DNA from: Eledone cirrhosa
Lineage: Eukaryota
Direction: 5' to 3'
NCBI GenBank assembly: GCA_964016885.1
Contig: OZ024744.1
Coordinates: 99,820,001 to 99,884,000, forward strand
DNA: 64,000 bases
Every line of letters begins with the position of its first letter. Position 1 is the stretch's first letter. A program made the position numbers and the translations under genes. Below the pieces are notes generated by a model. It saw only the letters and a list, made by a program, of their open reading frames with translations. It ran no database searches and had not been told where the DNA came from. Below, piece by piece: positions 52,348-64,000 of the stretch.

Positions 52348-54155
52348 AGGGCGGTGGGTTGGCAGTAGGGCGGTGGATTCGCAGTATCAGTAGAGGGTCG
52401 GACGCCATGCTTTCCAGCATAGTTACGTCCCTTTACGATCTGAGTTCAAATCCCGCCGAGGTTGACTTTGCCTTTCATCCTTACGGGGTCGATAAAATAA
52501 AGTAGCAGTAATGCACTGGGTAATTGCTGGCCTTGTGCCTAAAGTAGAAACAATTATTAATGAAACAGTTAGAGCGGTGGATTGGCAGTATCAGTAGAGG
52601 GTCGGACGCCATGCTTTGCAGCAAAGAGTTACGTCCCTTTACGATCTGAGTTCAAATCCCGCCGAAGTTAACTTTGTCTTTCATCCTTACGGGTTCGATA
52701 AAATAAAGTACCAGTAATACATTGGTATAATTGCTGGCCTTGTGCCAAAAGTAGAAACAATTATTAATGAAACAAAAATTGCAAATAATGTCCAAATTTC
52801 TCTGTGGACCACCAAAATTTTCTCGTGGACCACCGATTGGCGACTGCTGATCTTGAGTGATTTAGATTTCGTTACCATTATTGTAGTTTCGATGAGATTC
52901 TTCAAAGAGAAACTGACTAAGAAACACCCCACCGTCGCTTGTAAAAGTGACAAATATATTCTCTCCCCTACATACTTGGTAAGCACACAACACTAATAAA
53001 AGTTAATAATCGTTTATACTTTTGGCACAAGGCCAGCAATTAACCCAGTGCATTACTGGTACTTTATTTTATCGACCCCGTAAGGATGAAAGGCAAAGCT
53101 AACCTCGGCGGGATTTGAACTCAGAACGTAATGGGCCATAATTCTATGCTGCAAGGCATGGTGTCTAACGTTCTACCGATACTGCCAATCTGAGACTAAA
53201 AGTAAATAATATCCCACCAGAATCGAATATTTGGTGACTTGCGAAATCCTGGAAGGAAGGGACATTGCTGGGAGGGTGGGGGTTGAAGAATCATGGCCAA
53301 GAGCATTGGTAAGGAGTGGGCCAACTTTGCCTTTCATCCTTACGGGGTTGATAAAATAAAGTACCAGTAATACACTGGGATAATTGCTGGCCTTGTGCCA
53401 AAAGTAGAAACAATTATTATTATATATTATAAGGATATTATAATAATAATAATATCATTTTCTAAATATAATAATATAATTTTCTTTTTGGTAGCGGGTG
53501 ACAAGACTTTCGGACCACCCTGTAGGCTATTTAATGGTGGGGAGGAAAGGGGAAAATTGCCAGAGGGGGCACCAGAGACGACCGTAGCAATTTATTTGTA
53601 CATTCAGCTGAGCTTTTTAGTTTCAGGATGGTTAGAATTTTTGAATTTAATAACTGTATGTATAACTTTTCAATTCTAATTACTTCACCAAGCTAACTTT
53701 TGATGTCTAATTGAGTAAATGGGTGGGGAGAGGGGAGTTTGCTGTGTAATTCTTTGTGTACAGATCAGCATATACTCCGTAGGAGATGCGTGGAATCCTG
53801 TTTTCACTAATTGACACGTTGATAGCACTTTACTCCAGCAAACACGACGGCTAGGAGACTCTTTCGGGAAGTTATGTGTCTGCTGGGCACACAAGCAATA
53901 GGACGTATGTCTTTTGTGGCCAGTGACATATGAAACATATTGGATTTCATCTGAGGATACCGTTCTCATAACTGTTTCTACTTTTGGCACAAGGCCAGCA
54001 ATTACCCAGTACATTACTGGTACTTTATTTTATCGACCCCGTAAGGATGAAAGGCAAAATCAACCTCGGCTGGATTTGAACTCAGATCGTAAAGGGACGT
54101 AACTAAGCTGGAAAGCATGGCGTCCGACCCTCTACCGATACTGCCAATCCACCGT
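52348..54155. mobile_element. Cluster of family-B SINEs (52348-52560 +, 52573-52770 +, 53005-53190 -, 53323-53420 +, 53966-54155 -)
   Basis: All match 48174-48362; the first two are tandem, with ATTATTAATGAAACA present three times. Confidence 0.85.
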
Positions 54156-54244
54156 TCTCATAACAACAACAAATGCATGAAGGACTTCTCGATAGCATGG
54201 GAGAACCGTGGAAATAATTATAATGATTAAACGATATATGTAAC

Positions 54245-54647
54245 CTCAGCATCTCATTTTGTTATCTATATATCTTTGGCCCCATTCGGTCACGAATGAC
54301 CATGGTTTTGCACCTAGAAAGTTTCCCTCTGCGGTACAAGCTTGGGCAAGGTTTTTTTTTTTTGTGGAAGACCAGTAGTCCCCCAAGCATACCAGTCTCC
54401 CCTCTCCACGCCACCGATGTTGTCCAACGGAAAGGCAATGGCCGATACAGCTTGGCACCAGTGACGTCACAACTCATTTCTACAGATTAGTAAACTGGAG
54501 CAACGTGAAAATGAGAAAGCGCATGGCTTAGTGGTTAGAGCATTGGGCTTGCAATTGAGAGGTTGTGAGTTCGATTCTTGGACAGGGTGATGCGTTGTGT
54601 CCTTGAGCAAGACATTTTATTTCACTTTGCTCCAATTTACTCAGCTA
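54245..54647 (-). mobile_element. Family-A SINE with inverted 5' head
   Basis: Body on minus 54245-54512; tRNA head on plus 54517-54647. Confidence 0.65.
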
Positions 54648-54667
54648 TATTTATATATATATATATA

Positions 54668-57162
54668 TTAGCAGAAGTACCCGGCGTTGCCCGGGTGTAA
54701 GTCGACCTTTGGTCTGTTAGAATGTGTGAAAGTTACTTCCCGTGCATCACAGGTTCAAAACTTCGAACTTCAATGGAAAAAAATAGGTTAGTAGACACGG
54801 GTGTGTAATTTATTAATTGTAGTTACACAGTGTATCGTTGAAATTGTTCTCTGCACGACTGACGGAAGTCAAAATCGCTTGATATTGAATGTTCAGTTAA
54901 TTTAAAGCAGGGTGAAAATGTCGATTACTTTCAGGTTTTTTTTTTTTACAATTTTTGCGCTCACATGTGCAGAAGAAGAATTAAAAGGGCCTTTATCTTA
55001 ACCGCGGCATAATGGCGAGTCTTTTGTGACAGTTTTCAAGAATATAGGACGTTCCTGTAAAAAGTTTTCCCATGTGTAACTTTGCCTTGTTTTTTTGCGC
55101 AAAGTCGAGCCCTGCTTCAGTTTTATTGATTTTTTACATCAATGCGTGATCTCTGAAGTAGATTTGAGTAGCTAAAAACCTGTCCCGGTAAATTTGCTAT
55201 AGGTGAAAAAAAGTTGACCAAAATTGTATCTAGGTTTATTGCCCTTTGCCACAGCCTCAAGCCTCGTCTGACGGGATGTTGGTGATTCCTCCGTCAGCGC
55301 TTGTTGGCGACGAAGGCGAACATCAGCAAGCCTTGTCGTACGTGATGTTGGTGACTCAACCAGCCGGGAAAGACGTCTATCAGCGAGTCGAGATTCGCGC
55401 TCAGCAGGTGTTTCCTAGAGAAAATTAATTAATTCTACTGGTTAGCTAAGCCAATGGCAGTGTCAATAGTAAATGACCAAAGTCTAACATGAACAAAAGG
55501 GAATCAAGGTAAGACAATAAATTTAATATAACTACGATTAGAATATTGTAGTTGCTTAAAAGTGGTGACAGTTAGGATAAACGCAGTACTTGCTAACATT
55601 AAGGGAGAATATTGCATAAAGGATTAATCAATTGTGAATGAACTCGTACCTGAGAACGCCTAATTCGTTGTCTCAAAGCAATAGCTGTACCTTTTTTGGA
55701 GGTAAGTCTTGAACGTTTCCGTGTGGGCATAACGACGTGTAACGAAGCTGTTAGGTTAGAGAGGGGTGATTAAATACAGATGACGCCAGATTCGTTAGCA
55801 TGGTTACTGGTGAATGGGAAGGTTTGGAAATATGATTACAATAACTTAACGAATTTTCCCGTCTATAAATTGCACTTAAAATAATTAAATTTAATAAAAA
55901 AACAGCTCTGCGCTTTATACTCCGGTGAGCCTTATGTATAAATAATACAATGGTAATCAATCACGGCTCTAACAGAAGTAATAGATCTAGACTAAAAGTA
56001 AAGAAGATAGCATTTTCCTGGTTGGCCTTACACGCCGTTGCGCGGACCTGATTTTAAATGATACGCCTTATATCCTGGTGAGCCTTATAGAGCGGAAAAT
56101 ATCTATTGGAAAAGAATACGAATTCATGACCAAGGTGTGACAAAATAGGCGTCTATACAGCGCCTGAAACAAACTTGTCCAAAACCCTAGGATTTTTCTC
56201 GTTAAGTATCCACCCAAAAGGAACCGTTTTTTAGTTACAAAAAATAACCAAAGTGTATAGTAGCTATATTTCTGACATATCATGCCAAAAAGAACAATAT
56301 ATTCAAAAAATGTTCTAAAGTACATTCAATCTCTCTTTTTGACCGATATCTTAATAAGCAAGTTATCGATTTTTTTATTGGCTGTCAGTGTCTATCTGCA
56401 TGCAGGTGTGCACGTGTGCACAATTAATTGCAAATACGCTCATAACATTTAGTCGTAAGCAGAACAAAAAATGCCATTAGAGGTGGGCTAATAATGAAGA
56501 CAAACCCTGGTGAACTTACGTTTAAACACCCGAAAAGTTACTCACTTCCTGTGCAAAAGACTGTATTATAAATTAAGTAATTTTTTAGAATCTTTTGTTT
56601 AAAAAAGGAAAACATTGGTACGACGTAAATTTTTTTACTTGTATTGTATGTGTACAATACAACTTGGTCAACATATTATTTAGTAATTTTTTTTTCAAAA
56701 AGCATGATTATTTAAGACTGTTTGAAAATTTACTCACAGCTTTTAGGTTCACAAAAGACACCATTAAATTTGGTTCCCTTTTCAGATAGGGATAATACTG
56801 TATTTCGACTTGAATAAGGTGGAATATGAAAAGATAAACTCTTTAATGGTCGGTCGTTCACTGAGACAGCTGGGAAGACATGCAGCTGGCCGTCCAATCA
56901 ATAACGCACGTCCTTATAAGGGCATATGAAATTTATTTTTATTGCGCCAGATGTAAACTAAGAGTTCTTGTGTTCGAATTCACATAAAATTTCATTGGAA
57001 TCGAAAAACATTCTGTCATAGGGCCCGATTATCGATTTTTCGAAAATTTCAAGTAGCCTATTCCACTCTACGCGTTGAGTTTTATATATGTGTGAGGTTT
57101 CATAAAAATTGGATGAACGGTGTAGCATGCAAGTTCGGTACACTAAACAATGTCCATCTTCC

Positions 57163-57170
<8 letters not shown>
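54668..57170 (-). mobile_element. Non-autonomous Helitron-like element (~2.5 kb)
   Basis: Hairpin ACCCGG...CCGGGT plus terminus at the left (same as 49930); the right boundary at (TA)n is inferred; no ORF. Confidence 0.5.
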
Positions 57171-57192
<22 letters not shown>

Positions 57193-57196
<4 letters not shown>

Positions 57197-57820
57197 TCAC
57201 CGTTTTACATCCGTTCTTCCATGCTAGCATGGGTTAGACTGGTTGTCCTGTTGTGGGCAGTGTCCGGTCAGCTGACCATGCCTTGCTCATACGGGAACTG
57301 ATTCTGGCTTGATTTCTACAGCTGGATGCCCTTCCTAACACTAACCTCATTTACAGTGTGGGCTGGGTGCTTTTTTGCCGTGGCACCTCCACGACCACCT
57401 TGCAATGGGAGGGTGTGGGGGCATATAGTCTATAAGCTTCAGCTACGGCTTGAACCCGTGGGGGTCGGGTTTTCTGTATTACTGCGTAATGCCAGAGGTC
57501 ACGGTCGTGTTTCATCGCCTTTGAGAGGTGTAATTGGGTAAGGTCGGCTTTTATCACCTCATCCCATGTTTTCTTGGGTCTCCCCACTACGCTGTTTCCA
57601 TCGACTTCTAGTGCTCTGCACCTTTTTATGCAGCTGTCATCCTTCATACGCATCACATGTCCATACCAACGCAACCGCCTCTCCTGCACACAGCATTTGG
57701 TTCTTCTTATGCTCAGTCTCTTTCTCAATTCATTTATGCTTTGCCGTTCGCGTATCAACGCAAGTCTTCCACCTTCAGCGCCCAGGTCTCACTACCATGT
57801 AACATTGTTGTTCGGATACA
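57193..57820 (-). mobile_element. RTE LINE 3' fragment
   Basis: ORF 57351-57758 with RRLRWYGHVMRM; matches 9230-9848. Confidence 0.9.
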
Positions 57821-58599
57821 ACAGAGGCCCCCAAATCCAAGTATAAGGCAGACATAAAACGAGGTGGGTGTTATTTTTAGAGAAAAGTAAAGTGGGTGTT
57901 TGGAAAAGTTATTGTTTAGACTAGACAAAGTAGAGTGTGATATATATCTTCACAGCAATAGCTTGGGGGCTTTGGAGCTTAGGCGAATCGCTTAGTACAT
58001 ACCCAGCCACACTTTTATACCTCTGGATGCGCGGGTATGTCTATATACACATGTGCACTCATACAAGAGAGCATATATAAACATACTCCTAAGCATACAC
58101 TTAAACATTTTTCAAATCCAACCTGGGGTATTAGTATTTCGTTGCGTTCACATGAGTGTGTACATTCACGCAGTCCCAGTATATACACACAATGAACGGT
58201 TGCGGGCACTCATTCATGCGTATAGGGTTAGTACCTTAGGATAATTGTTCTTCCTGTGTGGGCCACTCCCGGGGGGGGGGGGGGGGGTCCTCAGGTTCAA
58301 TAAACGTGGTTTTGCTGACTCCTAACCTGTAGAGGGTCCGGTGGACAATCCACCGTAGGGACTACAAACTATGAGTGGGTGTTGTTGCCCATGGTCCATC
58401 GCCGTGGTCCATCGTGGGGTTGTGCACAGCTCAGGTCGAGCTCGGTTGGTGTCACACATGTGTGCGGAGCGGTCACTATCATGAGGGTTATATGGGCCCA
58501 CCGTGGGGCTATAAACCTGCGCGGTGCGGCCTCCCTTCTCAATGAGGGTTAGGCAGGGTGCTATGCTCCGCACCGCAGTGGTCTTCAGCGTTGTAGGTA

Positions 58600-59690
58600 T
58601 TAGACCGGTGGGGGTATGCGGGACCTTCTACCGGGGCTGGTGACGGATAGGGGTCTGGGAGTGTTACTACTGGTCACCGAGGTATTAGGTGGGCGACTCA
58701 TGCCCCTGAGGGTATTGGTCCGGGGTACCCTTGGGTCATCTTGATCATGTCCCTTAGGGTTATAGCTGATTCTATGGCTGTGGGATGCCTTAGCTAACGC
58801 TGAGTTATAGTAATAAGCGTTACTATTGGAGATCTCTTTATTGGCTGACAAGTTAGAGATCCTGTCAGAGACACTCTTAACTACGGCCTTAACTATAGAT
58901 CTAGGGTGATTGGACCCAGCGTTGATATACACCAGCTTCTCATTGGGTTTGTGATATGGGTGGTGTAGCTTGGTGTTGAGGTTGAGGGTGGTGTCCAGGA
59001 AATTCACTATTTTTCTATTGGGTTCCATCTCTACTTTAACTCCTACCTTGCTAAAGAAGTGCCTAATTCTCCTCTTCATATTTTCGACCATTGTGGTGCT
59101 GTGGTCCACTACGGTGAAGATTGGATCGTCTTGGTACAGTCCGCCACCCAAGTTGGGTATTTCGCTCCTGATCTTGTCGTAGAGTATGTATATCCCAACC
59201 AAGTCCGTTAGCTGTGCGGAGTCACTGGAGCCCATTGTAATGTCAAAATGATTTGGCCAGTCACTCCGGGTCCATATGTCCCCACCGAATCGGTTCAGGG
59301 TCTTTCTGGCGGCGTGTATGATTCGGACTTCGTCGCGCGTTAAGTCTGTCCTATTCATCGCGAATATGAATGCCTTGTTCGGGACTATGGGCGAGATAGA
59401 GAAGTAGTAATTGTTGATGTCTAGTTGTATGAAGCTAGTCCTATTTTTGTCAGGTAAAAATGTAAACCAGTCCAGCACCTGGCTGGTGCAGGACCAGAGT
59501 TGGAACCTTATTTTACTCTTAAGTGTGGGCAGGATCCTATCTAAAATGGTTTTGCTAATAACCCCCATGTCTGACCGGGAGAGGGCTTACAGTCTGACCG
59601 GCAGGTTAGACTCAAAGTTTGGTTTGCGGTCCTTAATGGTAATCCTCGGCTCCCTTGGTTGGTATGGGGCCGTCCTATCATCTATGCCAA
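58600..59690 (-). mobile_element. Penelope-like element RT, decayed and 5'-truncated at (TA)n
   Basis: ITIKDRKPNF, FIQLDINNYYFSI, FDITMGSSDSAQLTDLVG, GLYQDD (for YRDD), VNFLDTTLNL and YINAGSNHP. Confidence 0.85.
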
Positions 59691-59692
59691 GA

Positions 59693-59761
<69 letters not shown>

Positions 59762-60730
59762 TGACTGGCTTGTTAATTATATTTCTTAACAGGAAGTTTA
59801 GCTAAGAATGTAGACTTTACATGTAGCAGTTGCACCGGTACAGTAAACAGCAAGCACCCGCAGGAACACAAGCATTACCAAATTCTGGGAGGGCTCTGTA
59901 GAAATAGTAGACAGCTTCTGGTACTTAGGTTACCGAATTAGCAGCGGTGGTGGGTGTTCTGTCTAACCCATGCTGGCGTGGAAAATGGACGTAAAACGGT
60001 GGTGATGAGGATGATTATATGTATATACGCACAAGTGTATATATGATATACATATATACATATATGTGTATCATTATCATGATATATATATGTGTATATG
60101 TGTGTGTGTGTATATGTAAGTTATGTTGGTACCACCAAACATCCAGCCGACACTGTAAAGTGGTTGTATAAAAGACACAGCAAAAAGCACACAGTCCACA
60201 CTGTAAATGTGGTTGGCGCTAGGAAGGGCATCCAGCCAGAAACAGTCCTATTTATGTGAGACTCAGTCACACAACCCAACTTGCCTCTAAATGGGACAAT
60301 CCCATCTAACCCATGCTAGCGTGGAAGATAGACGTTAAATGATGATGATGATGAGGATAAATGTGCGTGTACATCAAAAAGCACCCAGTCCATACTATAA
60401 AGTGGTCATGTAGGGTGTCACGTCAAAAAGCACCCAGTACTCACTGTAAATGAAGTTTGTACTAGGATGGGCTGTAGAAACGAAACCAAAATCGCTTCTG
60501 TATGAGCAGAACATGATAACTCTTCTAAGCCATGACAGCATGGAAAAATGGACGTTAAACGGTGACGGTGGTGATTATGATGATGATGATGATGGTAGTG
60601 GTGGTGATGGTGGTGATGGTGGTAGTGGTGGTGGTTGTGGTGGTGGTGTATATCACTTAAAATGTCATGTTGATCTTAACATTTGTTGGGAGTTTGTAAC
60701 TAAACTGACTTTCCTTCAAGTCAGTCAGTG

Positions 60731-61016
60731 ATATTCTCATAATCAAAAAATATATATTTTATTATACATATTTCAAAGGTACAAAGGTATTTAAGTACGT
60801 TTTCATCAGACAAAATATATGATTTGATATATGACATACTGCTACAGTCTTGATTATTCAATTCCAGTATTGGCAATATCTGGAATTGAATAATCAAAAC
60901 CGTAGCGGTATGTCACTTATCAAATCATATATTTTGTCTGATGAAAACGTACATAAACACCATTGTACCTTTGAAATATGTATAATAAAATATATATATT
61001 TTGATTATGAGAATAT
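60731..61016. mobile_element. Fold-back with hammerheads (plus 60932-60990)
   Basis: TTTTGT-CTGATGA-...-GAAATATGTATA-ATAAAA, mirrored at ~60757-60815. Confidence 0.8.
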
Positions 61017-61167
61017 TTTTCATTTGTTAACATTTTGAATAAATGTAAATATATATATATATGTGTGTGTAATCTGAGTCTTTCGAATGTTATTGTTGAT
61101 GTTCGAAAGACTCAGATTACATTTATTGTATTCAACCATGTAGAGCGAAATTTTCTTTTATATATAT

Positions 61168-61614
61168 ATATACGATATTAACAAATGGAAACTATATTTA
61201 TAAAACCATATTTATTTCATTATACATATTTCAAGGACACCAAGTTAAATTATGGTGTGCTTTCATCAGATAAAATATAATATAGAGCAGTTTTATAAAT
61301 AAATATTGACATACCCTTAAAGAATGCAACCATTACTGTTGGAAGCTCTGGGAGCATCCAACAGTAATGGTTGCATTCTTTAAGGGTATGTCAATATTTA
61401 TTTATAAAACTGCTCTATATTATATTTTATCTGATGAAAGCACACCATAATTTAACTTGGTGTCCTTGAAATATGTATAATGAAATAAATATGGTTTTAT
61501 AAATATAGTTTCCATTTGTTAATATGGTATTTTTACTCCAATTATTTGTTGAGTGCTTTATATCAGTTATAAAAATATTTGCTTATTGAAACCCAACAAT
61601 TTAAATAGAACTTT

Positions 61615-61620
<6 letters not shown>
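61168..61620. mobile_element. Fold-back with hammerheads (plus 61425-61485)
   Basis: TTTTAT-CTGATGA-AAG...CTT-GAAATATGTATA-ATGAAA; near-perfect ~175-bp arms. Confidence 0.88.
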
Positions 61621-61673
<53 letters not shown>

Positions 61674-61675
61674 GT

Positions 61676-62100
61676 TATATTTAATTTGTTGGGATTCAAC
61701 AAGCTTAAAAAATTTTATAACTGATATAAAGCACTCAACAGTTTAGTGGAGTAAATACACAATATATTAATAAATGGAAACTATATTTATAAAACCATAT
61801 TTATTTTATCATACATATTTCAAGGGCAACCAAGACAAATTATGGTGCGCTTTCATCAGATAAAATACAGATTTGTTTTATAAATAAATATTGACATACC
61901 CGAAAAAAAGACAACCTTAACGGTTGGAGCTTCCTGGATAGCTTCCAGGAAGCTCCAACCGTTAAGGTTGTCTTTTTTCCGGGTATGTCAATATTTATTT
62001 ATAAAATAAATCTGTATTTTATCTGATGAAAGCGCACTATAATTTGCCTTGTTTGCCCTTGAAATATGTATAATAAAACAAATATGGTTTTATAAATATA
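61676..62100. mobile_element. Fold-back with hammerheads (plus 62017-62078)
   Basis: Same family as 61168-61620 and 51603-52067. Confidence 0.85.
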
Positions 62101-62117
62101 TATATATATATATATAT

Positions 62118-63005
62118 GAGAGAGTGAACCTAGCTAAGACAAAAGTGTTGATGAGTAGAAAAGAGGACAAAATTCTGATATGCATGTTCGATATGCAGAA
62201 AAGGAACTGGCATAAATTCTATAAAAGGCACACAATGCAGATCCTTGGTACACAAGAGATGTAGTGGGATAGCAGGCAAACTAAAGGTAGGGAGAAATAC
62301 GTATGCAGTAGATGTACAGGGAAATTAGACAGTAGAAGTCGCATTGATAGACACATTTTTCAAATGAAGGCAGGTGCTATAGAAGTGGTGGATAGCTTCC
62401 GGTACCTAGGAGATCAGATTAGCATGGGAGAGGGGTGTTCCGAGGCCATAGTATCTAGAATAAGGACGGGTTGGAAGAAGTTTAGGGAGCTGCTTCCTCT
62501 GTTGACGAAGAAGGGTTTCTCCCTGCGTACGAAAGGCCGGTTGTATGATGCCTGTGTGAGGAGCGTGATGCTGCATGGTAGTGAGACATGGGCAGCAACT
62601 GCAGAGGATATGCGATGGCTGGAGAGAAATGAGGCAAGCATGCTCCGTTGGATGTGCAATGTCAATGTGCGTGAACGACCAAGCATGAATGTGTTGAGAG
62701 AGAAACTGTGTCTGAGAGGGATAGAATGTAGTGTGCGAAAGAGGAGACTGAGGTGGTATGGACATGTGATGCGCATGGAGGATGACCGAAGGGTGAAGAA
62801 GTGCTAGGAAATACCAGTTGAAGGAAGACGTGGTAGAGGTAGACCACGAAAAACATGGACGGAGGTGGTGAGAACAGACCTCAGATCGCTGAAGCTCACG
62901 GTGGAGATGACGAAGGACCGTGACAAGTGGAGAGATGCTGTGCTGAATAAGACCCGTCCCACCCTTGCAAGCAGGGAAAAGCGGACGTAAAATGATGATG
63001 ATGAT
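62118..63005 (+). mobile_element. RTE LINE second family, 3' portion
   Basis: ORF 62364-62807 has FRYLG, LHGSETW and RRLRWYGHV; (GAT)n tail. Confidence 0.9.
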
Positions 63006-63792
63006 ATATATCTATATACTATTCAAACTCTGTGATTGCTTGCTTGTCTGTAATGTAATACAGCCAAAAGGGCGCATAATAGGAAAATACTTTGAAAGGA
63101 AGTTGACCCTGAAATGGGAATACAAATGGAATAAAACAGGAAGACGATACTTTGGTTAATGAAGATGTTCCCTGGCAATGAACGGAAAATAGTGAACATA
63201 ATACATCATCAATGTTTGTCAGAATGTCGTAATGCAGACAGCTAGGCATACAGACAGATATTATAAGGGCGCGACGGAGATGGATAACCAGCACCTAACA
63301 CCCCTTTAACAACAGAAAATTGAAAAATAAAAGCTGCAGTTAATATCTTTAGACCGCAAGGAATATATAAATGCAAGTTTGAAGTCAATCGGAGTAGAAA
63401 TGTGGATTTGTATAGACTTTGCAAAAATGAAGACACACACACAGACAGACAACTACAGTTTTATATGTATAGATAAGGAAAGTGCGAAGATTGTAACAAA
63501 GCTGTGATACATCTGATGAAAGGCAAAGCTAACCTCGGCAGGATTTGAACTCAGATCGTAAAGGGACATAACTCTCTCATAAAGCATGCTGTCCGACACT
63601 CCTCTAATACTGCTAAATAATGTTTTCTAATGGCTTAGTCAGAATAGGGGGTGTCAGTTCTAATGTCTTTTTCCATGACCTTCAAGACTGGTAGTAGGTA
63701 GGGAGTAAACCAACTTTAAAAAGACACTAAACGAATTAAAGTGTCAGGTGGTAGAGAGTAAGATATCTTTAATTTGTCACTACACTAATTAA

Positions 63793-64000
63793 CCCTTTAG
63801 CATTTAAACCGGCCGTATCCGGCCTGAATTCTCTCACCTCTTTCTGTTCAAACTGGCTGTAACTTGCTACTCATACTTATGTTAATGTATTGTTGTCAAA
63901 ATAAATAAGATCAAAATCTCATAGATTCGATATTATGTGAGATAATTATGTCAGATAAAGTCTTTAACCACAAAGATATAATAGTACATATAGAGTAGTG
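63793..64000. mobile_element. piggyBac-type MITE (cut by the window end)
   Basis: TTAA|CCCTTTAGCATTTAAACC; homologous to 18728-18949. Confidence 0.8.

Noticed and set aside
63510-63545. CTGATGA core
   Set aside because: Chance junction with a reversed SINE; no GAAA or stems.

Overview
This is AT-rich, repeat-dominated animal DNA. The dense (TA)n microsatellites, RTE LINEs with (GAT)n tails and tRNA-derived SINEs most resemble a cephalopod/octopus genome (inference). The only host-gene piece I can support is the first coding exon of an SLC5 (SGLT/SMIT-type) sodium:solute symporter on the minus strand (20819-20902); its intron 1 appears to run past the left edge. The rest is mobile DNA: many RTE LINE fragments (with a PHD-type finger after the RT), two Ty3/Gypsy elements, an Hsmar2-like mariner with one premature stop, a Penelope-like RT, CRE-clade LINE ends, Helitron pieces, hAT and piggyBac MITEs, SINEs and two minisatellites. 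The most striking unannotated signal is about 14 fold-back (palindromic) inserts, mostly abutting (TA)n tracts, nearly all carrying type-I hammerhead ribozyme motifs of the Penelope pseudo-LTR kind. More than 20 such motifs occur, from many unrelated sequence families. Some have a compensatory U3-A8 catalytic core (UUGANAA instead of CUGANGA) and some have very long stem II insertions. All coordinates were read by eye and may be off by a few bases.
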